From assembly GCF_006345805.1 (NCBI RefSeq), contig NC_043013.1:35154001-35218000 (forward strand): a stretch of 64,000 nt of DNA, given 5' to 3'. Shown piece after piece: positions 12,269-26,140 of this stretch (position 1 is the stretch's first letter; every line of letters begins with the position of its first letter). This DNA comes from Octopus sinensis (Eukaryota). The translations under genes were made by a program, and so were the position numbers. The notes below the pieces were generated by a model. It searched no databases. It was given only the letters and a program-made list of their open reading frames with translations, and was not told where the DNA came from.

Positions 12269-13438
12269 CATATATATATATGAATATATATAAATATGTA
12301 TATAATACATATGTATATATATATATATATATATATAGTTACAGAAAAAACAAAAGACAGAGGCAGGTGTATAAACAACAAGCAGATATATTAGTTTGAC
12401 ACTCGGGAAAGTTAGAAAGTCTTTTACGTTTCAAGCCTGTACTCTTCAGCAGAGAGGAATGCAGAAAATAAACAGAGAGAGAGAATAAAAATGTATGTAT
12501 ATATATATATATATATATGTTTATATTTTGTGCGTGTCTGTGTTTGTCCCTCCACCATCGCTTGGCAACTGATGTTGTTGTGTTTACGTCCCTGTAATTT
12601 AGCAGTTCGGCAAAAGAGACGAATAGAATAAGTACTAGGCTTACAAAGAATAAGTGCTGGTGTCGATTTGTTCAACTAAAGGCAGTGCTCCAGCATGGCC
12701 GCAGTCAAATGACTGAAACAAGTAAAAGAATAAAAGAATAAAAGAATAACCTAATGTATCTATAATGTACAAATAAGAATTCATAGTCAAAGTACAAGAG
12801 TTTGTATTGCCTGTGTATATGTGTATATGTGTGTGTATGTGTGGATGTATGTAAGGATGGATGGCTGGATGGCTGGATGGTTGGATGGCTGGATGGATGG
12901 ATGGATGTATAGACACACACACACACTCACTTATGTTTATATACCTACCAATAAAACATTATGATTTTGGACAGAGAGAAAGAAAGTGTGCACAGTGGTA
13001 GATATAAGTTGTCTAGCAGACATTAATACAACATTATAGATAAAAGGAAAAGAAAAACATCTATGTCAAACTAACGAGAAATCTGCAGATACAACACCCA
13101 GACTATAAATTAAGATTTATACCTGTAGCATTGGGGCAGTTGGTTATGTCTCTAATTGCCTCAGCAGCAATTTTGAAAAGCTTGGCTTCAAAAAACAAGA
13201 AAGGATAGGGCTAATTAGAAAATTACAATCATAAGCCATTACTGGAACTGTAAAAATGTCAAACATTCCAGAAGTTTGGCCTGTAGTAATGTAGATATAG
13301 ATATACACATGCAGAGACACACAAATATATATACATGAATGTATGTATGTATGTATGTATGTATGTATGTATGTATGTATGTGTATATATATATGCATAT
13401 ATACATATGCATACATATATGTATATGCATATGTGTAT

Positions 13439-13475
<37 letters not shown>

Positions 13476-13520
13476 CATATATATATATGAATATATATAA
13501 ATATGTATATAATACATATG

Positions 13521-13545
<25 letters not shown>
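11121..13545. repeat. Near-identical tandem duplication, unit about 1.22 kb
   Basis: agttacagaaaaaac at 11121 and 12337; the units differ mainly in microsatellite length plus a single substitution (tatgtact/taagtact); breakpoints lie in TA tracts. Confidence 0.92.
11205..11240 (-). ncRNA. Minimal hammerhead-like motif (duplicated at 12421-12456)
   Basis: ctct CTGCTGA A GAGT ACAG GCTT GAAAC GTA aaag; GUA triplet and palindromic ACGT helix III; position A6 is altered and helix I has one mismatch. Confidence 0.4.
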
Positions 13546-13551
<6 letters not shown>

Positions 13552-13586
13552 TTATATATATATTCTCATATACATATATATATGTA

Positions 13587-13627
<41 letters not shown>

Positions 13628-15084
13628 ATATATGTATATATATACGTATATATATATATATGTATACATATATATTTATATATAGATAGATAGATTGATA
13701 CATAAATACATATATACACACATACGTACATATACATGTTTATGCACAGAGACTGTAGTTGAAGCATACTCGTTCACACACAAGTGGCATATATGCATAC
13801 ATACGTTCACATAATATGTACATGTACATAGGACATGCATACATGCTCACATGCACAAATGCATACTGCATATATGCACATACACACAAACACACACACA
13901 AACACACACACATACATGAACCGGAACATGCAAACATACTTATAAGCCAGCAAAAGTGAATGTCTCGTTTAAAATAGTAGGTAAAATAACTGTGTATGGT
14001 GTCCTAATGAAGGACTTACAGGTATGGTAACAAGACTAAAGACTTCCATTTGCATCTGATATCGTAAGTGCTCTGGGTTATTTGCATAAAAGCCTTGAAA
14101 TGCTGGGATTTTGAATGAAAGAACAAAGCAAGCTGATCCACGTCCGTGAAATCCATCCAATCCGTGTTGCTGGGGAAGATTTATATAAAACATTCTAAAG
14201 ATTTCCTCTTTCAAATTTCTTGGAATACACGCAATTATATCAGGGGTACATCATCTTCATCATCTTCAACAACAACATTTAACATCCATTTTCCATGCTG
14301 GCATTGGCTGGATGACTTAACAGGAATTGGCACAGCTAAGGGCTGTAACAAGTTCCTCAGCCTAATTCCATTTGTTTTCAACAGCTGGATGCCCTTCTCA
14401 ATGCCAAACACTTCACAGAGTGTGCTGGGTGCTTTTCATGTGGCACCATCACAGCTGCTTTTTATGTGGCACCTTGGTTATTGGACACCAAAAAGTAATG
14501 TTGCATTTCATGCAATTAGCTTAAATCAGCATAAAATATATCGTGAATATACTCCCTCATCTAAAACATAATTGCCATCATTAGCAATAGCAATTTCCCA
14601 CACAGAAAACAGTTTTCTTATTCCTTGGGTAGAGAAAAATGAGGTGGTACAGTAGAGAAAAGTGTCTAGATTTCTGTTTTGACACCATCCCTGCTTCTCA
14701 ACGTCTTTTTATTTCTAATGTCTTCAAGTGACCCAAATAAGCGAAAATCTGATGGCTTTAGGTTTGATGAGCAGGAAGGGAGATATTGAGCTCCCTAGCC
14801 TAATAAATTTATCTTTTCTAGGGTTATCTTTAATGAATGTGGCCTTGCATTATCATTTTGTAGACTGATTCCATTTGTCTTGTATCCACTCCAATTCCTT
14901 ATACTCTTTCACGATCTGTTTGAGATGATCTTGCACAATGGACCAAGGTCTATTAAGCCCCAGAGAGAACTTCCTGATGCTTTGATGCAGACCTTCTTAT
15001 GCTGTTGCATCAGACTACAAGCATACATACATGCACAAATGCATACTGCATATATATACGTGTATGTAAGTATATATACTCTTT

Positions 15085-15490
15085 TACTCTTTTACTTGTT
15101 TCAGTCAATTGACTGCGGCCATGCTGGAGCACCGCCTTTAATCGAGCAACTCGACCCTGGGACTTATTCTTTTGTAAGCCCAGTACTTATTCTATCGGTC
15201 TCTTTTGCCGAACCGCTAAGTAATGGGGACATAAACACAAAAGCATCGGTTGTCAAGCAATGCTAGGGGGACAAACACATACACACAAACACACACACGC
15301 ACATATATACACATATATATGCATATATACGACGGGCTTCTTTCAGTTTCCGTCTACCAAATCCACTCACAAGGCTTTGGTCGGCCCGAGGTTATAGTAG
15401 AAGACACTTGCCCAAGGTGCCATGCAGTGGGACTGAACCCGGAACCATGTGGTTGGTAAACAAGCTACTTACCACACAGACACTCCTGCG

Positions 15491-15492
<2 letters not shown>
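15085..15492 (-). mobile_element. Full-length SINE family B
   Basis: gcaggagtg(g/t)ctgtgtggtaag head, B-box ggttcagtccc, internal microsatellite, 3' end ccagcatggccgcagtc..tgactgaaacaagtaaaagag. More than 20 copies or fragments occur in the window. Confidence 0.9.
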
Positions 15493-15544
<52 letters not shown>

Positions 15545-15928
15545 TATACACACACAAGCATAAATATTGACCAGCAAATATGAATGTTTCATTTAAAATA
15601 GGTAAAATGAATATGCATCGTAAACTAATGAGTACGTATGCTTGTGAGTACGTCTTTGCTTGAAAATACCACATTACGTCTTGGTACCCCTGATATGTGT
15701 GTCTATAGCATACACACATATACATAAAATTCTACCACACCTACTCCAAAAGCGCTGTGTACATTTAAAATGTGTTTGTAAGTAAAAGTATGCATATCAT
15801 ATATGTAGAAGCTGACACATTTACATGTTGACAAATCCTTAGATCTGATCTTCATACAAAAATAAAAGAAAACAAACCCTTGATGCTTTGTTAATGGCCA
15901 TACTGAATACTGCAAAGAAAAATTTAGA

Positions 15929-16163
15929 TGTGGAGGCGCAATGACCCAGTGGTTAGGGCAGCGGACTTGCGGTCGGAGGATTGCGGTTTTGATTCCCAGA
16001 CCAGGCGTTGTGTGTGTTTATTGAGCGAAAAACACCTAAAAGTTCCACGAGGCTCCGGCAGGGGATGGTGGTGATCCCTGCTGTACTCTTTCACCACTCT
16101 AAAGGCGGTGCTCCAGCATGGCCGCAGTCAAATGACTGAAACAAGTACAAAAAAAAAAAAAAA
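15929..16163 (+). mobile_element. Chimeric SINE: family C 5' half fused to family B 3' tip plus poly(A)
   Basis: C-type sequence runs to ctctttcaccac (about 16097), then taaaggcggtgctccagcatggccgcagtcaaatgactgaaacaag and an A run. Confidence 0.8.
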
Positions 16164-16544
16164 TGTATCTCTACATCTCCATAACTTAGCAGTTCAGCAA
16201 AAGATAGTGATAAAATTAGTAACAAACTTCAAAAGTAAAAAATATACATGGGATTGATTCATCTCTCTATCATACTTCCTCACACCTCAATACTACATAC
16301 ATCTCATTTCAGGGTGTTTTGTCTTGAGGGTGTTTTGTATTTGGTTACCTCACTGGTGCTGGCGCCACATTAAAAAAACAAAACACTCCGTACACTATTT
16401 CAAGTGGTTAGTGTTAGGAGAGGGCATCCAGCTGTAGAAGCCATCCCAAAGCAGACATTACAGTCTTGCATGGCTTCTGGTTTGTCTGATCCTGTTGAAC
16501 CATCAAACCCATGCCAGCATGGCAAAAAGGACACCAAATAATGT

Positions 16545-16847
16545 TGATGACAACGACGATGACGACAATGATGATGATGATGATGACAATGACAACGATG
16601 ATGATGACGACGACGATGATGATGATATGATGGCAATGATGATGATGATGATGATGACGACGATGATGATAATATGATGGCAATGATGATGATGATGATG
16701 ACGACGGTAATGAGGATGATGATGATGATGACGATGATGAGGATGATGATGATGACGATGGTAATGATGTTGATGACGATGATGACGATGATGACAATGA
16801 TGGTGGTGACGATGATGATGATGATGACAATGGTGATGATGATGATG
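16545..16847. repeat. (GAT/GAC)n tract extending the tail of a family E element (16390-16545)
   Basis: Direct reading. Confidence 0.92.
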
Positions 16848-17602
16848 TTTTTTTAAAAATTATTTTATCCTTTTTCACATGTTTCAGTCATTAAACTGTG
16901 GCCATGCAGGAGCAACACCTTGAAAAATTTTTAGTCGAATGAATCAACCTCAATGCTTATTTTTTCTTTTACAGTCTGATACGTATTCCATTAGTCTCTT
17001 TTTGCTGAAGTGCTAAGTTACAGGGATGTAAACACATCAACACCAGCTGTCAAGCGATGGCAAGTGACAAACACAAATACATACAAACACACACACTCAC
17101 ACTCACACACATATATATATGTATATACATCAGGCTTCTAACAGTTTCCATCTACCAATTCCACTTACATAATGGAGGTGTGTGGCTTAGTGCTGAGGGT
17201 GTTGGACTCATGATCACAAGACTGGTCTCGATTCCTGGACCCAACAATGCATTGTGTTCTTGAGCAAAACACTTCATTTCACATTGCTCCAGTCCACTCA
17301 GCTGGCAAAAGAGAGTAATCCTGTGATGGGCTAGCCTCCCATCCAGGTGGGGTATATATACGCCTTGAAACCAGGAAACCGAACCTTATGAATTTGTACA
17401 AGTCAAAAACGTAACTTTACCTTTACATTTTAACCCATTCTCAAGGCATTGGTCAGCCTGAGGCTATAGTAGAAGACATTTGCCCAAGGTACCATGCAAT
17501 GGGACTGAACTCAGAAACAGGTAGTTGTGAAGCAAACTTCTTACCTCACAGCTGCACCTATAATAATGGTGATGTTGCTATATATATATACATATATATA
17601 TA

Positions 17603-18693
17603 ATGTTCGTCCTTCGGTTCGAAGATGACCAACTGACATCATCTGATGGAACTGCCGCCATGAGACCGGAGGTGGCTGGTGAGGCCAATCCGGGCAAGGA
17701 AGCCCCTCCCACAGGTGGGGCAGAAGTGGGTAGGGGCAGTGCTACTGGTGCAGGCGGCTCTGACTTTACGCATCTGACGTTTCTGCTCCGCTGACCGAAT
17801 CCGTCCCTCCTCGGCTGTCCCTGCTCCCACGGTGATTGCGCTGCGCCAGGATGAGCGGTTGGCAGCAAGTGTCTCCCAGGTCTCTGTTCCGATGGAGAAG
17901 TCTTTGAGAGAGACCTTGAGACTATCCTTGTAGCGCTTTTTCTGCCCTCCGACTTTGCGCCTGCCCTGGCCGACTTCACCGTAGAAGAGCTGTTTTGGGA
18001 TGCGAGTGTCGGACATGCGGGAGACATGGCCCGCCCATCTCAGCTGGGCCTTGCGCATGATTGTGATGGTGCTAGGGAGATCTGCCTGCTTCAGAACTTC
18101 CGTGTCTGGGACTTTGTCCTGCCAGCGGATGTGAAGGAGATTCCGAAGACACCTGAGATGGAAGTGGTTTATCTGGCGCTCGTGCCTTCGGTAAGCAGTC
18201 CACGTCTCGCAGCCGTATAGTAGAGTGGTAAGCACGACTGCCCGGTAGACTTTCAGCTTGGTGTTGAGGCTGATTCCTCTCCGCTCCCAGACTTTCTCTC
18301 GCAGTCTCCCAAACGCGCTGCTTGCCTTGGAGATTCTGTTGATGGTTTCAGCATCTATGTTGGCATTGCAGGAGAGAGTGCTGCCCAGGTAGGTGAAGTT
18401 TTCCACCACTCGTAAGATCCGTCCGTTCACCCTTATCTGAGGCTCATGGTATTGTTTGCCGGGGGCTGGCTGAAACATCACTTCGGTTTTCTTTGCACTG
18501 ATGGTGAGACCGAAGTTGTCACAGGCTGATGAGAACCTGTCCATCTCGAGCTGCATCTCCTGCTCATCGATTGCATTAAGGGCGCAGTCGTCAGCAAAGA
18601 GAAAGTCTCTGACGACTGTCTCCCTCACCTTTGTGACAGCCTGCAATCTCCTGGAGTTGAAAAGTTTCCCGTCTGTCCTGTACTTGATGTTGA
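17603..18693 (-). mobile_element. 5'-truncated young RTE-clade (BovB-like) LINE: RT C-terminal part with C2H2-like tail
   Basis: Uninterrupted ORF 17639-18693 with FLFADDC (RT catalytic motif), FTYLGS, LRWAGHVSRM..RIPKQLFYGE and CPTCGRGFLARIGLTSHLRSH; short 3' UTR; low-complexity direct repeat tatatatatacatatatata at 17581-17600 and 18698-18717. Confidence 0.93.
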
Positions 18694-18782
18694 TATATAT
18701 ATATATACATATATATACATGGTCCAACCCATGCTAGCATGGAAAGCGGACGTTAAACGATGATGATGATGATGATACATAC

Positions 18783-18819
<37 letters not shown>

Positions 18820-18820
18820 T

Positions 18821-18983
18821 AGGTGCAGGAGTGGCTGTGTAGTAAGTAGCTTGCTTACTAACCACATGGTTCTGGGGTTCAGTCCCACTGCAGGGCACCT
18901 TGGGCAAGTGTCTTCTACTATAGCCTTGGGACAATCAAAGCTTTGTGACAGGATTTGATAGACAGAAACTGTATGAAACCCAT

Positions 18984-19016
<33 letters not shown>

Positions 19017-19245
19017 CTTCTGTCTCTTTGTCTCCCCAACCGATGCTTGACAACCGATGCTGGTATGTTTTCTTCCCCCATAACTTAGCTGTTCAGTAAA
19101 AGAGACCGATAGAATAAGAATAAGTACTAGGCTTACAAAGAATAAGTCCTGGGGTTGATTTGCTCGACTAAAAGGTGCTGCTCCAGCATGATCACAGTAA
19201 AATGACTGAAACAAGGAAAAGAATAAAACAATAAAAGAATACACA
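18821..19245 (+). mobile_element. Full-length SINE family B
   Basis: Same head, body and tail as 15085-15492. Confidence 0.88.
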
Positions 19246-19920
19246 CACAGGACGAGGAGGAGGATGAGGAGGAGAAAGAGGAGGAAGATGATGGTGATGA
19301 GGATGATGGTGATACATATGAATACGTATGAATATATACATATATATTATATATATACTGTAATATTTTTTGAGACCATAAACACTGTCAGCTCTGAGTA
19401 TATAATTGTTCTCGTATAGATTTTAATTTTTCTCTTTTATTTGAGGAAAGATAGGCTTTGTAATTATGTTATTTATGTATTTATATATAACATCGTCTTA
19501 ATTATGCTCTGTCTTATAGCTTAAACGCTTTCATCTTTACTTCTTTTTAATAATACTCAGTTTATTTTTTCCGATATCTTTCGTTCTTTCTTTCTCACTC
19601 GTTATCAATCTCTTTTCAAGTGACCCTCCTTAGATGAACACCACAACTGACTTCAAATGTTCATATTATTAGCTTTTGCCTTGTTTCTTTCTTCGGTATT
19701 TTTTTTTTTTATCATCTTGTTTTCACTTCTTTAACCAATAAACATTGAGTTTGATTTATGATCATTGTACATGAATACTAAATTACACAGTGATATATAA
19801 CGGGTGAATATATGCATATAGTATAATGAAATGAAACTTTTACACACATACATATGTACAAACACAAGTATAAACATAACACACACACATGCACACATAT
19901 ATATACGTGTGTGCATGTAT

Positions 19921-19970
<50 letters not shown>

Positions 19971-20129
19971 ATGTATGTATGTTATTATACATATAGATAT
20001 ATATAGATATAGATGGATATGCATCCAGCCATATTTATTTGTAGACTTATTCATTTGGCATCCATTTTCTGATACTACTTTTGGTTAGATGAGAACTTAT
20101 TCCAGACAGGATTTTATAGTTTGGATACT

Positions 20130-20520
20130 CTTCATGGTGCCAAACCTTGATTGGCTTCTCAAGTAAGGGGTCGCCTTACTGGCACTTGTGCCGGTGGCAC
20201 ATGAACATACATTTGAGTGAAGTCATTGCTTGTGCCCCCGGACTGGCTCCTGTGCATGTAGCACGTAAAAAAGACAACATTTGCGCATGGCCATTGCCAG
20301 TACCGCCTGACTGGCCCTCGTGCCGGTGGGACGTAGAAGCACCCACTACACTCTCGGAGTGGTTGGCATTAGGAAGGGCATCCAGCTGTAGGAACTCTGC
20401 CAGATCAAGATTGGAGCCTGGTGCAGCCATCTGGTTCAACAGTCCTCAGTCAAATCGTCCAACCCACACTAGTATGGAAAGCGGACGTTAAATGATGATG
20501 ATGATGATGATGATGATGAT
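20130..20520 (+). mobile_element. Family E: LINE-type 3' end or SINE with (GAT)n tail (probably RTE-related)
   Basis: cactctcggagtggttggc(a/g)ttaggaagggcatccagctgtag...aacccatgctagcatggaaagcggacgttaaa(t/c)gatgatgat; copies at 14270(-), 16390, 21295(-), 31930, 48408, 48795 and 61050(-). Confidence 0.75.
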
Positions 20521-21724
20521 ATATATATATATATATATATGTACATATATTTGTATGTATTTATATATATGTGTATATACACATATATATTATATATGTG
20601 TGTGTAAATATACATATGTATGTGTATATGTATATATATATATATATATACATATATAAACACATGGTTATTTAACTGAACTACAGCTCCTGCAGCATAT
20701 AGTTGCTTATGGAGTGAGAGAGATGGAGAAGAGTGGGGAGAGAGAGTGATTATTATGAAATGATAGAGAGGGTGAATATACTCCTTAAGGGGAGAGAACC
20801 TCTTCAAGGTTTATATTTTATCTTTTGTCTTGTTTTTTTTTTTCTTATCTTGAGAAGTCTTTTTCCTATGAATGAAAGAGTATGTCATGTTTCCATATTT
20901 CCATAAAATCCATTTGTCATATACTCCTGTAGTTATAGTAGTTGTGGATAGCACTATTTCTGCCTCATTTTGTGCTCATCAGTACAACATAACTGAGAAT
21001 TTGAAATTAGTTGATCTGTACCATTTGGAAGGTTTAAGAATTAACTATGATGCATTTTTTTTTGCTTTGTATTTTTTTTCTTGGTAGTGAGGAAAAGGTG
21101 GAGTAGAGAGATAGAGGTGGGGAGACGAAAGCCTCAGAATAATTTAAAGTCACAGAGGAGAGAGGAAAGAGAGAGAGAGAGGGATATAGTGATAGAAAGA
21201 GAGGAAAGTCTGTAATGTGTCTTAGTTTCCATCTTAGAAGTATCTTGTGTTATATCCCTTTTCTTTTTCCAGTTCATACATTATGAGATACATCATCATC
21301 ATCATCATTTAACATCCACCTTCCATGCTAGCATGAGTGGGATGGTTTCCCAAGAGATGGCCAGGCAGAAACCTGCACCAGACTGTGAATGTTTTGGCAG
21401 GACTTTTACAGCTGGATGCCCTTCCTAGCACCAACCGCTCAGCAGTGCTTTTTACATGGCACATGCACAGGCGAGGTCGGTTTTGGCAAGGTTTTTACAG
21501 CTGGATGCTATTCCTAGCACCAACCATTTTACAGTGTGGACTGGATGCTTTTACGTGGCACCTGCACTGATAGGGTCGCCAAGTAACTTGCAAGACAAAA
21601 ATTATTTGTGAGGAGGGGGGGGCATTGGAGGAAGTGATCTTGTGTCAGATGATGAAAGGTCATAGTGAGACAGACAGACAGAAACAAGTGTCTCGCTGTA
21701 GAAGAAGTACAAGGTTACTCAGCC

Positions 21725-21789
<65 letters not shown>

Positions 21790-22167
21790 AGGAATGAAGA
21801 AAGAAACAAGTGCACTACTGCAAAGGGAATACATGGCTTCCCAACCTGAGAGAAGTGCTAGAGGAGAGAGAGAGTGGGAGGCAGCAGGAAAGAGATGGTG
21901 GCAAAATACTGGGCTTACTCACAAGGGACGGGGATCAGAATATAAATAGGATGGTTGACTAAAGGAAGAGAGGAATGTAGATGTTGGCAAGTGCCAGGGC
22001 ATACCCTTGAGGTTGAGGATTACTTAGTACAGTTTTTGCATGGTAAAGGTGTTTATTTTTAAAAAATTATTTTTTAAAAAGATATGAAATCTTTTTATGA
22101 GGATGTTACTAACATTTTCTGAGAAGAAGATTTTTCTAGTGTGTGAGAGCTATTGTTAAACCTTTTC

Positions 22168-22171
<4 letters not shown>

Positions 22172-22208
<37 letters not shown>

Positions 22209-22679
22209 CATATATGTATGTATGTATGGGTCTACCCTGATATATAAATAGTGACATCAGTATATATATACATACATATACTCTTTTACTCTCTTTTACT
22301 TGTTTCAGTCATTTGACTGCGGCCATGCTGGAGCACCGCCTTTAGTCGAGCAAATCGACCCCGGGACTTATTCTTTGTAAGCCCAGTACTTATTCTATCG
22401 GTCTCTTTTGCCGAACCGCTAAGTGGTGGGGACGTAAACACACCAGCATCGGTTGTCAAGCAATGCAAGGGGGACAAACACAGACACACAAATGCACACA
22501 CACATACATATATATATATATATACATATATACAACAGGCTTCTTTCAGTTTCCGTCTACCAAATCCATTCACAAGCATTGGTCGGCCCGGGGCTATAGC
22601 AGAAGACACTTGCCCAAGATGCCACACAGTGGGACTGAACCCGGAACCATGTGGTTGGCTAGCAAGCTACTTACCACAT

Positions 22680-22744
<65 letters not shown>

Positions 22745-24055
22745 TTAATACTCCATCAGTTATGACAATGATTGATCCAATATATATTTATGTATGTATG
22801 TATGTATATTTATATACAGAAATATCTCATATATATATTTCATCACCTGACATGAAACTGTAACCCCACCCTACCCCTGTCAATACTTTGCTCTCATTTG
22901 AGCAGGGTGTTGTTATTTGATGACATTGTTAGCGCTGGTACCTAGTAAAAAGTACCCAGTACGCTTTTTGAAGTTGTTGATATTAGGAAGTGCAACCAGG
23001 GTTTAGTGCAGTCCTCTGGCTCTCACCAAACTTATTTTGTACCACCCAACCATGCTCATCCTGAAGAACAGACATTAAATGATGTTGGAGATGATGATAA
23101 TGATGATGATGTGGGATTTGTGTGAGTGTGTGTGTGTGTGTGGTGTGTGTGTATGCATATATGTATGTATGTATGGGTCTACCCTGATATATAAATAGTG
23201 ACATCAGTATATATATACATACATATACTCTTTTACTCTCTTTTACTTGTTTCAGTCATTTGACTGCGGCCATGCTGGAGCACCGCCTTTAGTCGAGCAA
23301 ATCGACCCCGGGACTTATTCTTTGTAAGCCCAGTACTTATTCTATCGGTCTCTTTTGCCGAACCGCTAAGTGGTGGGGACGTAAACACACCAGCATCGGT
23401 TGTCAAGCAATGCAAGGGGGACAAACACAGACACACAAATGCACACACACATACATATATATATATATATACATATATACAACAGGCTTCTTTCAGTTTC
23501 CGTCTACCAAATCCATTCACAAGGCATTGGTCGGCCCGGGGCTATAGCAGAAGACACTTGCCCAAGATGCCACACAGTGGGACTGAACCCGGAACCATGT
23601 GGTTGGCTAGCAAGCTACTTACCACATGCACACACACACACACACACACACAGATTAATACTCCATCAGTTATGACAATGATTGATCCAATATATATTTA
23701 TGTATGTATGTATGTATATTTATATACAGAAATATCTCATATATATATTTCATCACCTGACATGAAACTGTAACCCCACCCTACCCCTGTCAATACTTTG
23801 CTCTCATTTGAGCAGGGTGTTGTTATTTGATGACATTGTTAGCGCTGGTACCTAGTAAAAAGTACCCAGTACGCTTTTTGAAGTTGTTGATATTAGGAAG
23901 TGCAACCAGGGTTTAGTGCAGTCCTCTGGCTCTCACCAAACTTATTTTGTACCACCCAACCATGCTCATCCTGAAGAACAGACATTAAATGATGTTGGAG
24001 ATGATGATAATGATGATGATGTGGGATTTGTGTGAGTGTGTGTGTGTGTGTGTGT
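22172..24055. repeat. Near-identical tandem duplication, unit about 0.95 kb, containing a SINE B copy
   Basis: gggtctaccc at 22228 and 23175 (period 947); ends lie in (TG)n; differences are a 1-bp indel and microsatellite lengths. Confidence 0.92.
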
Positions 24056-24100
24056 TCATAATTTATATATGCATGTATCTATAAGGATATGTGCATATAA

Positions 24101-24598
24101 GTGCAGGAGTGGCTGTGTGGTACGTAGCTTGCTTACCAACCACTTGGTTCCAGGTTCATTCCCACTGCATGGCACCTTGGGCAAGTGTCTTCTTACTATA
24201 GCCTCAGGCTGACCAAAGCCTTGTGAGTGAATTTGGTAGATGGAAACTGAAAGAAGCCCGTCGTATATATGTATATATATTTATATGTATTTGTGTGTAT
24301 ATGTTTGTGTGTCTGTGTTTGTCCCCCCAACATCGCTTGACAACTGATTGTAGTGTGTTGACGTCCCCGTAACTTAGCGGCTCAGCAATGGTTGTCAAGC
24401 AATGGTGGGGGGACAAACGCAGACACACAAAAATACACACACACGCAGACACACACACACACATATGATGACCTTCTTTCAGTTTCCGTCTACCAAATCC
24501 ACTCACAAGGCTTCGGTCAGCCCAAGGTGTCACACAGTGGGACTGAACTCGGAACCATGTGGTTGGTAAGCAAGCTACTTACCACACAGCCACTCCTA
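24101..24598. mobile_element. Two SINE B copies fused tail-to-tail (inverted)
   Basis: The plus copy 24101-24388 joins the minus copy 24389-24598 directly at cggctcagcaatggttgtcaagc. Confidence 0.82.
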
Positions 24599-25456
24599 TA
24601 CATATTTTCTACTTATTTAACATGTTTTTTTATTGATTTGTCTAAATTGTTTATCTCCATATTTGCCTCTGTACCTGCTCAAGTTTGACTATTTTTGAGC
24701 ACTACTAACTGTATTCTAACCGTAGAACATCTGGATCTCGTCTATGAACTGTATGTATGTATATGTATATAATAATTACTTCAAGTTCATCACCCAATGT
24801 TTAGACATAGCAGTATAGCAACAACACTTTCTCTTCTCCCAACCATTATCACCACCAACACCACACAGTATCCAATCTGTTACAAACAGATCATCACAAT
24901 CACCACAAACTACATGTACAAGGAATGCATTCCCGACATCAACTAAGGCAGTGCATTACATTCCTACCACTATAAAACACACTTCAGCCACTACCTCCAC
25001 CACCACCACCAGGTCCACAACCAGCACCACCGCCACCGCCATCACTAACGCAGTACTTTTCTCAGCGTGAATGAGAAAGTTGCTGAAGCGTATTGTCATA
25101 ATATGAGCTTTGTTCAATGACTTACACTAAATTGGCTTCAAGGAATCTTAACATGCTAACACATCACAGTGGTATTGGCATTGGCGGTGCTGGTGGCAGT
25201 GGTGGCAGTGGCAAAAGTGACCATGGCGGTGGTGGTGGTGGTGGTGGTTGGTGGAGTTGGCCGTGGTGTTGGTGGTGTTGGTGGTAGAAATGTTTGTTGT
25301 AGTGCTGGTGGAGGTTCTGATAGTGGTAAAGATAGAAGTGTTGCATGCTAATGGAAGTGGTTCTCACAGGTGATAGTACCGGAGGTCTTAGTGTTGGTTA
25401 TTGGTGACAGTGACTATAGTGGACTTACTAGTGATATTAGTAGTTCTATTAGCACT

Positions 25457-25516
<60 letters not shown>

Positions 25517-25814
25517 CGATGTGTACATATATATACATACATACATACATATATATACACACACATAGATAGATATGTATAGGTATATATACATATATAT
25601 ATGTATGTATGTGTATATATATATTCTTTTATTTGTTTCAGTCATTTAACTTGAGCCTTGCTGGAGCTTGGGGTCCAAGCCTAGTACTTATTCTATACCG
25701 AACTCTCTTACTGAACCGCTAAGTTATGGAGACATAAACACAACAACATCAGATATCAAGGGACAAACACAGCCAGACATACATATACATATATATAAAT
25801 AAATATTATATATA

Positions 25815-25849
<35 letters not shown>

Positions 25850-26013
25850 CAAAGGGCTTCTTTCAGTTTCTGTCTACCAAATCCACTCACAAGGATTTGG
25901 TTGACCCTAGGCTATAGTAACAGACACTTGCCCAAGGTGCCACACAGTAGGACTGAACCCAGAACCATGGAGTTGGTAAGCAATCTACTTACCACACAGC
26001 CACTCCTACCCCG

Positions 26014-26047
<34 letters not shown>

Positions 26048-26052
26048 TATAT

Positions 26053-26140
<88 letters not shown>

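Noticed and set aside
17578-18220. Antisense and alternate-frame ORFs over the RTE
   Set aside because: By-products of the GC-rich LINE ORF.
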